DNA from: Mobula hypostoma
Taxonomy: Eukaryota
Reading direction: 5' to 3'
Assembly (NCBI RefSeq): GCF_963921235.1
Contig: NC_086108.1
Location: forward strand, 31,312,001-31,376,000
DNA length: 64,000 bases
The notes below the pieces were generated by a model. The model was not told where the DNA came from. It did not search any database and saw nothing but the letters and a program-made list of their open reading frames with translations. Below, piece after piece: positions 49,801 to 62,776 of this stretch; within the stretch, counting starts at the first letter, position 1, and each line of letters starts with the position of its first letter. A program made the translations under genes and the position numbers.

Positions 49801-50799
49801 TGAAGATGTCCTGAATGCCGGGGAGGCTAGATCTTTTGGAATCTGTTGACACCAATGCATACATGGGTTCGGTATGTGGTGTCACACATGAGGCTTTCTG
49901 TATCTTGAATTATATATCATTCTTTTCAAAAACAAAGCAGTTGGTGCTTCACCCTGTAACAACTGAATTATTCAACAGTTACAGGTTTAGTAGTAGATAT
50001 TGATGCAGCTCTTCCAGTTGGACCAAGTATTGGTTTTGCCTTTTTTTGTATTTCCATTCCAAGAAGAAATCTATTTTGAGAAATCTTTGAAAGAAGTTCT
50101 TTTGGAAGATTCTTAAAAGTTGTGGAAGATATAAAAGAAAAGTGGAGAATCATAAAAAAAGAGATAACGGTGCCAGCATCCGCCTGGCTGACTCAAATTT
50201 GAACGAAATGGGAGCTGCCTGACTGTGTATGTCTGAATGTTTGTAGACACTTGCTTCTGCATAAGCTGTGTGTCTGGCTCAGCCTTATGAACTTGTTTCT
50301 AGGTACATGAGTCAACATATCCTGCCTTTTTTCATGAATCTGTACAGAGGTCAGTTGGTAGTTTTATTTTATAACTAACTTTCCAGAATGATGTAGCACT
50401 ACCGGTTATGGTTTAATTATAGATACTTAACCATATGGGGATATTATTTTGCCAGTTATTTATCACATACATTAAAAAAACATTAAGACAGTTTTACATA
50501 GTGTCCTTAACCCTCCTGCTACCCGAGACAGTATTACAGCTACTGCAGTAGCTTTTAAATAGAACATGTCAGAAAGAATGCCAATTAGTTTATTATAGTC
50601 ACATATACTGAGATACAGTGGAAAGCTTTTGCCTGCATGCCTTCCAGACAGACTATAGCCAAGTAGAGTGCTGCCATCTGCAATCTTGTAAATGGAGTTA
50701 GAGCGAAATCCAGCCACACAGCCCTAAACTTATAGGGAGCAATGTAAAGGGCCTAGGACGCAGCTTTGCAAGGCAACAGTGTTGAGGATAATTGTGCTG

Positions 50800-52480
50800 G
50801 TGCTCCCTGGGTCTTCCTTTTGGGATTGTTTCTTTTTATGCCATATATCAATGATTTAGTTGATGGAATAGATGGATTTGTTGCCAAGTTTGCAGATGAT
50901 ACAAAGATTGGTGGAAGGACGGGTAGTGTTGGGGAAACAAGGAGGCTGCAGAAGGACTTAAACAGATTAGGAGAATTGGCAAGAAAGTGGCAAATGAAAT
51001 ACAATGTTGAAAAATGCTCGGTCATGTACTTTGGGTAATAGAAATAAGTGTGCAGAGTATTTTCTAAATGGGGAGGAAATCCAAAAATCTGAGATGCAGA
51101 AGGACTGGAGAGCCCTTGTGCAGAACACCCAAATGGTTAATTTGCAGATTGAGTCAGTGGTGAGGAAGGCAAATGCAATGTTAGCATTCATTTCAAGCTG
51201 TCTAGAATACAAGAGCAAGGACGTGATGCTGAGGCTTTATAAGACACTGGTGAGGCCTCACCTTGAGTATTGTGAACAGTTTTGGGCTCTTCATCAAAGA
51301 AAGGATGTGCTGGCATTGGAAACGGTCCAGAGGTGGTTCACAGGGATGATTCCGGGAATGAAAGGGTTAACATCTGAGGAACATTTGATGGCTCTGGATC
51401 TTTCTCACTGGAATTTAGAAGGATAGGGGGGATCTTTAGATTAGATTAGATTATGAGGACACGCAGTCCTCTTTTACTGTCATTTAGTAATGCATGCATT
51501 AAGAAATAATACAATGTTTTTTCCAGAATGATATCACAGAAACACATGACAAACCAAGACTGAGAAACTGACAAAAACCACATAATTATAACACATAGTT
51601 ACAACAGTGCAAAGCAATACTGTAATTTGATAAGAACAGACCATGGGCACGGTAAAGTCTCAAAGTCTCTCGAAAGTCCCATCACCTCACACAGACGGTA
51701 AACCTCCAGCACCACAAACTTGCCAATACAGCATCCTGGAAGCATCTGACCACAGTTTGACTCCGAGTCCGTCCAAAAACTCTGAGCCTCCGACCAGCTC
51801 TCCCACACCGATGCACCGAGCACCATCCCTGCCAAGCACTTCGACCCCGGCCCCGGCAACAGGCAATAGGCAAGGCTGAGGATTTGGGGCCTTCCCTCCA
51901 GAAATTCTCGATCGCACAGTAGCAGCGGCAGCGAAGCAGGCATTTCAGAAGTTTCTCCAGATGTTCCTCCGTGCTTCTTCATGTCTGTCTCCATCAAATC
52001 AGGATTGTGCACGGCATCCTACTTCACAGATACGATATCATTCGGAATGGCCGCGCGCGCTGCGTCGCGCCACCATCTTCTCCTCCCTCCTATCTGATTG
52101 AAACTTTCGAAATTTGAGAGACCTAGACAGAGTAGATGTGGAAAGGATGTTTCCCATGGCGGGGGAGTCTAGGACAAGAGGTCATTGCCTCAGGATGGAG
52201 GGGCATCCATTGAAAACAGAGATGTAAATAAATTTCTTTAGCCAGAGGGTGATGAATTTGTGGAATTTGTTACCACATGCAGCTGTGGAGGCCAGGACAT
52301 CGGGTGTATTTAAGGCAGAAATTGATCGGTTCTTGACTGAACCTGGCATCAAAGGTTATAGGGAGAAGGCCGGGGAGTGGGGCTGAGGAGGGTAAAAAAG
52401 GATCAGCCATAATTGAATGGCAGAGCAGACTCAATGGGCCAAATGGCCTAATTTTGCTGCTATGTCTTATGATCTTATAA
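50800..52480 (+). mobile_element. CR1 3' fragment interrupted by retroposon copy 4
   Basis: [27 protein letters not shown]. Confidence 0.9.
51436..52091 (-). mobile_element. ~640-bp SINE-like retroposon, copy 4
   Basis: (ttaga)n at left, ccatcttctcctccctcct at right; atct duplicated at 51432-51435 and 52092-52095. Confidence 0.9.
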
Positions 52481-52857
52481 ATATGTGAAAGAAAGAGAGA
52501 GGGCATGTGAAATATCTTGGTTTTTATCAGTAACATAGCAAAGGTATGCAAAACTAAATGGCATAGGTTTGGGGTCGTGCATAAGTCATAAGTCAGCGAT
52601 GGGCAGACATGATGAGCCAAATGGCCGAATTCTCCTATGTCTTATGGTCTTACAAGAAATTCAGTGGAGATCTGAGGAAGAAGACTTTCACACATAGGGT
52701 GACTGGAATCTGGAAATTACTTTCTGAGAGAGTGGTGGTGGCAGATAACCTCACAACGTTTAAATGAGCACCTGAATCACTATGCATAGATGCTTATGAA
52801 CCAAGTGATGGTAATGGAATTAATATAAGCAGACACTTTATAGTTTACATGAACATG

Positions 52858-53020
52858 GTCCAAAGACATACCAGTTGATTGGTTAATTGGTCATTCTAAA
52901 TTGCCCCGTGATTAGGTTAGGATTAAATCAGGGGATTGCTGCATGGTTCAAAGGGCTCGAAGGACTCGAAGGGCCAGAAGGGCCAGAAGGGCCAACTTCA
53001 CACTGTATCTCAATAAATAT
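52858..53020 (+). mobile_element. SINE 3' half with internal 9-bp tandem (gaagggcca)
   Basis: ccaaagacataccagttgattggttaattgg..., similar to 23810-23950. Confidence 0.6.
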
Positions 53021-53890
53021 ATGGTGGGCCAATGGGTCCATTAATGTGCTACAGAATTGCTAACATCCCATAAACAGGTAATGGACAGGATGCATATTTG
53101 GTAGTGAGGTAAATCATCAGGTTAAAGAGCTTCCTGTCAGAGTTTACAAAGAAGCTGTGTGCTGTTTCTGTTTATTTGGTACAGTTTGCACATTCTTGGC
53201 ATAAGTGAACACACCCTTCTTAACCTTTACAGAGAGTTAAGGTGCATACTCTGAGTCATACTCTGGAAACTCCCAAATAGGCATTAAGATGCAGTTAGAA
53301 TGCAATCATCACATCAGTCCTAATCTTCAAAGATAATCAGCTGACTGGCTAAAGCATTGATAAGTTTGCCTCTCTGCCCTTCTAGAGCACCTCAGCTCTC
53401 AGGTATAGGAATACCTAGAAACAAATAAGATGTTTCATTTACCCACTGATGGATCTGCCATCAGTAACCATGGCAAATTGGTCGTTCATGACCTCTGTGA
53501 CAAGCCTGATGGCGGAGGTATTAATAAATCAGCCATGCCTAAATAATGTCTGAAATATGCAGTTGTGGTTTTGTTTAGGGTGGAGTACTGAATGACACAA
53601 GCCTTTTTCAGTTAATATAACAACTACTGTAGATGTGTGGTAAAAAACAACTGTAAAGACATGTTTCATGGCGAGCAAACTTAACTTTTGTTTGCATTTT
53701 GTTGCTTTTCAAGAAACGTAGAAAGTAAGGCATTTTTCATTTTCCCAGTTTGACACCAAAGGATAATGTTGTACCTGCATTTGATATTTCACAGACATAT
53801 TAGAATGATTCACTTGGACTTAAAGAGTGCCTTTCATGCTTTTGGAATGTCTAAAATAGAATTAGCTTTTGGAGAGTAAGGATTAGCTTT

Positions 53891-54063
53891 GCCAGGCAGC
53901 ATCCATGGAAAAGAGTAAACAATTGATGTTCCATCAGGAAGGGTCTCAGCCCGAAACATCAGCTGTTTACTCTTTTCCATAGATACTGCCTGGCCTGATG
54001 AGTTCCTCCAGCATTATGTGTGTGTTACTTTGGATTTCCAGCATCTGCAGATTTTCTTGTGTT
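53891..54063 (+). mobile_element. Mini PLE-terminus derivative with inverted duplication
   Basis: 40-bp inverted arms 53891-53930 and 53955-53994 around a hammerhead remnant agggtctcagcccgaaacatc; PLE tail gcatctgcagattttcttgtgtt. Confidence 0.7.
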
Positions 54064-54204
54064 AAAGATAAGGTTTATTTGTATACTGAAACATCAAAAC
54101 AATATAGTGAAATGCACCATTTTGCATCAACAGGCAACAAAGTCTGAATACGTGCTAGCAGCAGCCCGCAAGTGCCCCCACTCTTCCGGCACTCACAATT
54201 CAGT

Positions 54205-54380
54205 ACCCCTATCTGTGTGCCTTTGGAATATGAGAGGAAACCAGAGCATCTGGAGAAAATCCATGCAGCCATTGGGAGAACATACAAACTCCTTTTAAAC
54301 AGTGGAAGGAACTAGACCCCAATCGGAGATCATTAGTGCTGTAAAGCAACTGCACTAACCACGATACTACCATGGTGCCC
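54205..54380 (-). mobile_element. tRNA-derived SINE 5' part
   Basis: Reverse ggcaccatggtagtatcgtggttagtgcagttgctttacagc...ggggtctagttcc (A/B-box-like). Confidence 0.65.
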
Positions 54381-56764
54381 TCAGTAGGAGCTACAGTTAC
54401 CTGACAAGCATGATAGGCAATTTGCAAACAACAAACTCCCACAAACGGCACAGAGAAAAATGCAATAAATGTTGTCTGGACTATAAGGAAAACTCTCAAA
54501 CTGACCATATGCAAATTTATTACTCACTCAGTCACCAAGATTCCAGAAACTATTGCATTGCACACTAAACCAGATTCCAAAGGAATTTAATTTCTACTAA
54601 TTTCTGAGGTGCCTTCCCCCACCTCCATGGCTGCTAACTGCTCAAAAACTCAAAAAGTCCAAAGCATTCCCCCCTAAGGTTGTGTCAGGTCTCATGATGC
54701 TCAAAACTGTGGCCTCTATCCAGAGCTTCAGGCTTCCATATGTAATTGAGGAATTTGAAAGACTTAGGCTCATCTCAAATAAATCCCCTTACCCCCACTC
54801 CATCCCTTCCTTCTCCTCACTCCTACAATTAGCAAACTTCTTCAAGCCCATGACTACTGAATGAGATCTCGGGAAGTAAACAATGCCAAAAGATAGACTT
54901 GACTGGCTCAAAGGTGAGTGTATTGTATTTTTTCTACGTTCTTCTTCGTAGGTAAAAAGTAAATTCTACTTCAGGGCATCAAGAACAATTCCAGGTTATT
55001 TTCTTCAAGAAGATGCATGGGATCTTTTACATCCATCTGCAAAGCACCTTGTACGAATAGTTTAGGGAGTTCTCCCCTTTTACATAGGAGACAGGAGGGA
55101 GAGAGTAGGCTCACAGACTGCAACCTGGTGAATTCACGCTCTATGTATATAGGCAAACCCCATGTTATGGGAGGGGAGGTTATAAAACAGTAGGTATCTC
55201 AATTTTCCTCAACAGGAGGACACATCATCTGCACGTGCATCAAGAATTGCAAGTTTAAAAAAGATTGTGTCTATTCATTTAGTTTTCTTTCCCACATAAA
55301 TTTCACTAGAACACACTTTTATTCCATATGCAGATTTCATGATGGTGATTTGTAAGGGTGAATTTCCATTATTCAAACTGTGTTAACAAAATGGTCACCT
55401 GTAAAAGCAATGAACAAGGGTGCGTGCAGTCTCTGTTTTGAAGGGTTTGTTTCTCTGTCCCCAGGCTCGGTTTCTTGGGAAAACAATGAAGAGTGGTAGG
55501 GGAGTGGGGCATGAAATGTGGTTGGTCACTGGACCTCCTTGTCAGTCTGCTCCTGCAAAAGCTTAGGATAGCCATTCACACAGCTCTGGCAGCAAACTGT
55601 TGGGAGGCCCATCTATGCCAATTACTTGCCCTTCTTCCAAGGTTACATTTGCACCTAAAAGTCCCTGAGGAAGGAACTAGCCATTAGCTCATTAAAGATC
55701 TTACAAAACTGATGGACTCCACAGAGGCTTGACTGCATTTGTTGCTCTTTGCCATTTCAATGAAGTTATTTTAAAAGGAATGAAAGCAAAGCGAATGCAA
55801 AATGGAGGGAGGGGTGGCATTAAATATAAAGGGGATGAACTACAAATGCTGATCCCTCCAGTGGTGCCCTTCTCTCGAAAAATGTATAAATAAACAGAAA
55901 CATCAAGTCCATTACATTCCAGGCAAGTCTTCAACTATAAACTATCACCCACAACAAAATAATGTTATAATATTTTCCAAAAAGTGATAATCAATTCTCC
56001 CATGATTGTGTTTTGAATTCAGTAAATCTCCTATCTTGCAATGACCCTGAGAATGTGTGGACATATCCAGATTCTTCAGCCACAGTAAAGGATTCTTAGA
56101 AGTATGATATGATTAATAAATGCCAAAATAAATGTCCCCCAAACACCTGCTCATTTCCCACTTTCAGGAACCCTAACCCATCTGACAATAAATTATCTTG
56201 AAGAAGGATTTTTGATCAGAACTACTAACTGTCTTTCTACCTACACACAGGGTCTGACATGTCAAGCACAGCTAGAGCTTTCTGTTTTATTTCAGGTATC
56301 AGTGGTGTCAGTTCAGCAACTTCAAGTTTTTATTGATCTGTAATTTTCAAGGGAAGTTGAGAGTTTTGAGGATTTCTCTATAGTACTGGAGAAGATTGTC
56401 ATCTGCTGGCCACCTCAAAGAATATCAGCTCTTACTTAATTTCTCATAAATACCGATTGCCAAGGTATTACAAATGCATGTGAGGCACCTCACCAGTAGT
56501 TCCTTAAATGTCAATTAATCACACATTATCTTCAATGAATGTAAATAGTATACGCCCTAAGAATTAATTGGTGATCAGCAAATCTGGTGTGCATATTTGC
56601 AATCTATTGAACCCCTTGTCTGTTTGACGCTCTCGCGTTGGACTTGTTTCATATTGCCATCTCCACTGGTGTTTGCTCAGCCCTTCAGTGCATGAGTGGG
56701 CAGCCGCAGAAAAAAATGGATTGTGTTGACTCTGGCCTTGTGGGGTTTAGCTTAATTGCTTAAT

Positions 56765-57125
56765 TCCCATAAGACATAGGAGCAGAATTAGGCCATCCGG
56801 TCCATCGAGTCTGCTCTGCCATTTAATCATGGCTGATCCTTTTTTCCCTGCTCCTCAACCCCAGTTCCCGGCCTTTCCCCATAACCTTTCATGTCATGTC
56901 CAATCAAGAACCTATCAAGCTCTGCCTTAAGTACACCCAACAACCTGGCGTCCACAGCTGCATGTGGCAACAAATTCCATAAATTCATCACTTTTATCCT
57001 GAGGCTATGCCCTCTTGTCCTAGACTCTCCTACCATGGGAAACTTCCTTTCCACATCTACTCTGTCTAGGCCTTTCAACATTTGAAAGGTTTCAATGAGA
57101 TTCCCCCCTCATCCTTCTAAATTCC
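56765..57125 (-). mobile_element. CR1 3' fragment
   Basis: MLKGLDRVDVERKFPMVGESRTRGHSL; cataagacatagg tail. Confidence 0.88.
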
Positions 57126-58106
57126 CTCCCTGCTTCTCTATTTAAAAGTGATCTTCTCTGACAATATGTTCTCATTGCAATGTATTTATACATAGAATGT
57201 GACAATCCTTCTACTTACTGTCCATCCCTAATTGGCTGTGAACTGTTAAGGCAGCTAACCATATTGATTACAAGTAACCCAGACTGGGTAGGAATGGCTG
57301 ATTTCCTTGTGTGAACCAGCTGAAATAATGCAACAATCTCTATCATCACATGACAATTGTTATAGAAAATATTAAATCAGCAAGAAGATGAGTTACGTAC
57401 CTGTAGGCAGTGTGTATCACATGCTAAAGGGTGTCTGAAATTTCAAGGGTGCAACCTCATTAAATAAATTGTGGTGATTATTATCTGGGCTGTAACAAAT
57501 GTAATGGAGGACATAGCTAACCAGGAATATTTTCAGGACAGGCTGGTAGCTTCCAAACTTAAAATTTTCTTTTCATTCCGGGTTTATTTTGAAACTAAAA
57601 AAAATTATGTTTGGATTTGAAAGCACATGTCCGTAAAGCAATTATCCTGAGTCCAATGGCCAAATGCCAAATAAGTTACGATAGTAATAAAAATTTGCTA
57701 TCAAAACTTTGCTGCTGCTTTATTTCTCTGCGACAATGATTGACCTTATCGTAGTGATATTATCTTAATATGACGACTGTCTATTGTTTATTGTGCAAGC
57801 CGAAAATCCTGTCTTGAGAATTGAAGTGCCAACTCTGAGCAGATGTGCTCCTGGAGATTTTATCATTTGGCTTCCTGTCTCTAGTGATCAGTTGCTCAAT
57901 ATCAATCATGGCTAAATTGAAAATAAACAAGCTCATGTACTCAAATGGATGCTTCTTCACTCGACAGAACAGCCATTTCTCACCAGCATTTTCATTACTT
58001 TCGTAATATATCCCAAAGCCTTACCATGCCTGATCTGCTCTGTAACCTGTGCTTATACATTATGTTTTTTCTCATAATGCCCACTGCTGTCAAAGTCCTT
58101 GAACTA

Positions 58107-58508
58107 CGAGGGGTGATTGATAAGTTCGTGGCCTAAAGTAGAAGGAGTCAATTTTAGGAAACCTAGCACATTTATTTTTCAACATAGTCCCCACCTGCAT
58201 TTACACACTTAGTCCAGGTGGAAGGAGCTGAATTATTAACTTCAAACTTTCTGCGTTATCACTCAAAGAGTTGAACTGCACGTGCATGTAACGAGAGCAT
58301 CTTGGACCTCCAGGTAGTCCACTGCAGGGGTGATTGATAAGTTCGTGGACCAGTTCTGGATGTCCAAGATGCCGACTTCTATGAAGAAAGAATCCGTATG
58401 CTCCACTAACACTGGACTAAGTGTGTAGGTGTAGGAAAAATAAATGTGCTAGATTTTCTAAAGTTGACTCCTTCTACCTTAGGGCACGAACTTATCAATC
58501 ACCCCTCG
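58107..58508 (+). mobile_element. Tc1/mariner-derived MITE, 402 bp
   Basis: TA TSD at 58105-58106 and 58509-58510; ~74-bp imperfect TIRs starting CGAGGGGTGATTGATAAGTTCGTG; transposase C-terminal relic FYEERIRMLH*HWTKCVGVG. Confidence 0.92.
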
Positions 58509-59454
58509 TATCTCTTGTGATCAGAGTAATTTAAAAACCGTCCACGTAGACCTAACTACTCAACAATTGCATTGTGAGGCATTGTGTCCCTAGGTAACAG
58601 ACTGTATTTCCATAGTGAGAAGTCATGTCATCTACATATGCATCAAGAAACGTGAGTTAAAAAATAATTATTTTTTGTTGCGCTATTCACTCTGTTTTCA
58701 CAATATTTCCATGTGAGTGAAATTTGTTCTGTATATCAAATTTTATGATAGTGATTTGTGAATTCTAAAAGGATGAATTTCTGTAACCCAAAGGATGTGA
58801 TGTGGGAGTTGCCTGTATAAAGAATTTTTTAAAATTGTACTTAATACCACCTTTTAAGTACTAAAAATTAATTAAAACAAAAGATAAAATAGAAAAACAA
58901 ATCTCTGTCATTTTGTTAGCATCCAGTACATTTTAACTCCGGAATATTTTAATACCAAGGTATTTTAACTACTAACATACTTCAAAACCAGGGTATTTTG
59001 AATCCCAGAGCATATAAATCCCCATGATTTTTTAAGAGCAAGGATTTTTCACCTCCCAGACTGTTTTATCTTCCAGGGTTTTTATAGCTGTACATAAATT
59101 GCTGCCTGCCTCAGTTTCTTCTCCGTACCAACTTCCCAACTGTCGCAAATCAGATATCAACAAGGATCAATGCAGAGTCAGGAGGTTCGGAGCAGGAATA
59201 TCTCTTGGATTAAATAATTCTGTTGCCAAACTCTTTGCATGGATGTACAATTTTATAAGACCATCAATATTTTGTAAACTTTAGATTGAGAGAGTCATGC
59301 AAAATGAAAACAGATCTTACAGCCCACCACGCCTATACTAACTAATCACCAAATCTCTGCCTTCACTGTCAGGTCATAATAACTTCAGAGTGTGTCACTA
59401 ATTTGAATTCCATTATTCCACAGATTTCAACAAAAAAATTTCAAATATGATTGC

Positions 59455-60230
59455 TTTAAGCTTGTCACGTGTACTGAAGTACAATGAAAAGTTTTGTTTG
59501 CATGCTATCCAGGTAAATTTTTCCATATATAAGTACACTGAGGCAATACAAAAGGAAAATAATAACAGAATGCAGCATCTATTCTTACAGTCACAGGGAA
59601 AGTACAGTGTAGGTCGATAATAAGGTGGGAAGACAAGGTAGACTGAGAGAACAAGAGTTCACCTTAATTGTATAAGAGGTTTATTCAAGAATCTTAGAGC
59701 AGTGGGATCGAAGGTATCCTTAAGCCTGCTGATGTGTGTTTTCAAGCTTTTGTATCTTCTGCCCAGTGGAAAGAGGGAGAAGAGAGAATAATCAGATGGA
59801 AAAGTCCTTGATTATGTTGGCTGCAAGTAAGCTGGAATTGTAGAGGTAGACAATTGAGGAAAAGCTAATTTTCATGGTGGACTGGGTTGTGTCCACAATT
59901 TGCTGCAGTTTCTTGTGTTCTTGGACAAAGTAGGTGCTGTACCAAGCTGTAATACAAATGAACAGGATGATTTACCGAGCTGTAATGCACTGGAACAGAA
60001 TGATTTACCATCTGAACAGAATGCCTTACCAGTCTGTAATAAATCAGAATAAGATACTTCACCAAGCTGTAATACATCAGAACAAGATGGTTCATCAATC
60101 TGTAATATATCAGAACAGGACGGTTTCTATGACGCATCTATAAAAATTACAGAGAGTCATTGGGACCATGTTGAACTTTTCTAACCTTCTAAGAAAAGCA
60201 GAGGCACTGGTGTGATCTCTTGACAATAAA
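59455..60230 (-). mobile_element. Rex1/Babar 3' fragment containing a ~30-bp tandem array
   Basis: ttttcaagcttttgtatcttctgccc, gtttctatgacgcatctataaaaatt; similar to 9000-9360. Confidence 0.7.
59938..60120. repeat. ~30-bp minisatellite, about 6 units
   Basis: taccaagctgtaatacatcagaacaggatgatt-like units. Confidence 0.8.
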
Positions 60231-60512
60231 TGACTATTACAGAACACCTTACTTATTTTTATCATTTTAAATCATTGCACCTACAGATAACATAGCAATA
60301 AGAGGAAGTGTCACTGTGGCAGAGTTGCAGTTAAGAGAAATAGTCGTTCGTTAAATATCAAACATCTACAGGTTTTTTTTTAAATGTAGAACCTTCTTCT
60401 CAATTTTCATGTGAGACTGCTACAATTGTTAGGGAAATAAGAAAACCAGGAACTAACAGTACGCATGAAGCTGAAGGAAAGGGCTAACAGCACCTTACAC
60501 TTATTTTGACAT

Positions 60513-61152
60513 CAAGCAACACACATCAAAGTTGCTGGTGAATGCAGCAGACCAGGCAGCATCTGTAGGAAGAGGTGCAGTCGACAGTTCAGGCCGAGAC
60601 CCTTCGTCAGGACTTACTGAAGGAAGAGTGAGTAAGGGATTTGAAAGTTGGAGGGGGAGGGGGAGATCCAAAATGATAGGAGAAGACAGGAGGGGGAGGG
60701 ATAGAGCCAAGAGCTGGACAGGTGATAGGCAAAAGGGGATACGAGAGGATCATGGGACAGGAGGTCCAGGAAGAAAGACGGGGCGGGGGGGGGGAACCCA
60801 GAGGATGGGCAAGAGGTATATTCAGAGGGACAGAGGGAGAAAAAGGAGAGTGAGAGAAAGAATGTGTGCATAAAAATAAGTAACAGATGGGGTACGAGGG
60901 GGAGGTGGGGCCTTAGCGGAAGTTAGAGAAGTCGATGTTCATACCATCAGGTTGGAGGCTACCCAGACGGAATATAAGGTGTTGTTCCTCCAACCGGAGT
61001 GTGGCTTCATCTTTACAGTAGAGGAGGCCATGGATAGACATGTCAGAATGGGAATGGGATGTGGAATTAAAATGTGTGGCCACTGGGAGATCCTGCTTTC
61101 TCTGGCGGACAGAGCGTAGATGTTCAGCAAAGCGGTCTCCCAGTCTGCGTCG
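60513..61152 (-). mobile_element. 5'-truncated PLE (GIY-YIG C-terminus + 3' UTR); hammerhead with mutated GAAA at 60578-60614
   Basis: TSD ttttgacat at 60504-60512 and 61153-61161; RRRLGDRFAEH...GMNIDFSNFR. Confidence 0.92.
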
Positions 61153-61199
61153 TTTTGACATGCTAGCTTCAGGGACGTTTCCTGAGTCAAAACATCTCC

Positions 61200-61600
61200 A
61201 TTGGAATGTTTTGCAGATGGCACTAAAAGTGGACAGTGAGGTAGGTTACCAAAACTTACAGGGGGATCTTGATCCACTGAGAAAGTGGATCGAAGATTAC
61301 TAAATGGAGTTTAATTCAGATGTGCGAGTTATTGGATTTTGAAAAGTCAAATCCGGGTCGGTCTTTTTTAGTAAAGGACAGGGCTGTGGGGAGCTCTGTA
61401 GAATAGAGAAAGCTAGAGTACACTAAAAGTGGAGTTGCAGGTAGACAGGGTGGTGAGGAAGGACTTTGGCATGCTGGTCTTCATAAGCCAGAACATTTAG
61501 TATAAATGTTGGGAGGTCATGGTGCTGTTGTACAGGATGCTGGTGAGGGCACATCAAAGTAGTGTGTTCAATTTTAGTCACCTTGCCGCAGGAAAGTGGA
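61200..61600 (+). mobile_element. CR1 RT fragment
   Basis: tttgcagatggcactaaa, LQGDLD, ctggtgagggcacat. Confidence 0.7.
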
Positions 61601-62319
61601 AAAAATGCAGAAAATAACAGCTGGGAACTCCACCATATACGGGTTCCCCTTTGACTCACTTACCGTCCTGATGTCTATCACTGGTCCTTCACTTTCAATG
61701 GCTTTCAGTCTACCCAACACAAGGATTGAGGTTCAAGATGTGTCAATAAGCTCACCAACACCTTCTCAAAGGATTTTATGATAGAATATTTTGGGCAGGG
61801 TTTGTCAGTGATGCCACATTCCCTGTGGTGGTGAGAAAAGAGGTCCAGAGAGTCCCATACTGACAGATAATGCAGGTTATGTATTTATTGAATGTTTCAT
61901 TAAAACAATTGTTTCATTAAAATTACTGACATAATAACTGGCAAATCTTTAAATTCCTGCACTGACTAGATGAACTACTTGGATATAAAATCTACTGAGG
62001 ATAGACATCGAGAGTCTTGTCCGAAGCATGTTTGTTTAAGGAAAACTTGATGTTGAACTATGAATAAATAATACCCCATTACTCCTTTACGCTTAGCTAT
62101 GAATTCCAGACCTTCAAGAAATCTACTTAATTCCAATTGGTTCTTCTGACCAGTAGAAGAATTGTTCCAGAATTCTCCCATTTGGAATGTGCTCAAGTCA
62201 CAACAACACCTAGGCTACAGGTACCAGCAGGCAGTCATCCAAAATTTTTATTTAATGTCTATTACTTTGAGTACACAAAGATTTGTCATTTTTTTTTGAC
62301 AAGGGAGCACGATTTATGA

Positions 62320-62760
62320 AATATCAGTAGGCAGGTCTAACAGCAATTGAAGAAACACTGTTGTTTTTTATTGTAAAAGGTTGAATTTTGAGAGTGGGAA
62401 GGTTTTGTTACAATTGTGCAAGGTAGAATACCATGCACAGTTTTGGTTTCCTTCAAAGTTATAGTAGTTATGGAGACAATCTAAAACAGACTAATTCATG
62501 ACATGAGCATTGCTCTATCAAGTGAGACTAGACAGTTGGAGTCTGCATTCCTTAGAGTTTGGAAGAATGAGGAATGAGCTTGTTTGTACATCCTAAGGGG
62601 GCTTGACAGGGTTGATTTTGGGTTGTTTACACTACTGGGAGAGTCTTGAATGAGGGAATATAGCTACAAAATAAAGGGCTAGTCATTTAAAACTGAGGTA
62701 CATGGACATTTTAACTCTCAGAGGTAGTGAACCGCTGTAATCCAGTTCCCCATGGTGGTG
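62320..62760 (+). mobile_element. Decayed CR1 3' fragment
   Basis: gcacagttttggtttcct, tagagtttggaagaatgagg, ctcagaggtagtgaa. Confidence 0.6.
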
Positions 62761-62776
62761 GAGAACAGAACATCAA

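Noticed and set aside
59115..59213. Short open frame after tcag (FLLRTNFPTVANQISTRINAESGGSEQEYLLD*) as a terminal exon
   Set aside because: No recognisable homology and no supporting upstream exons
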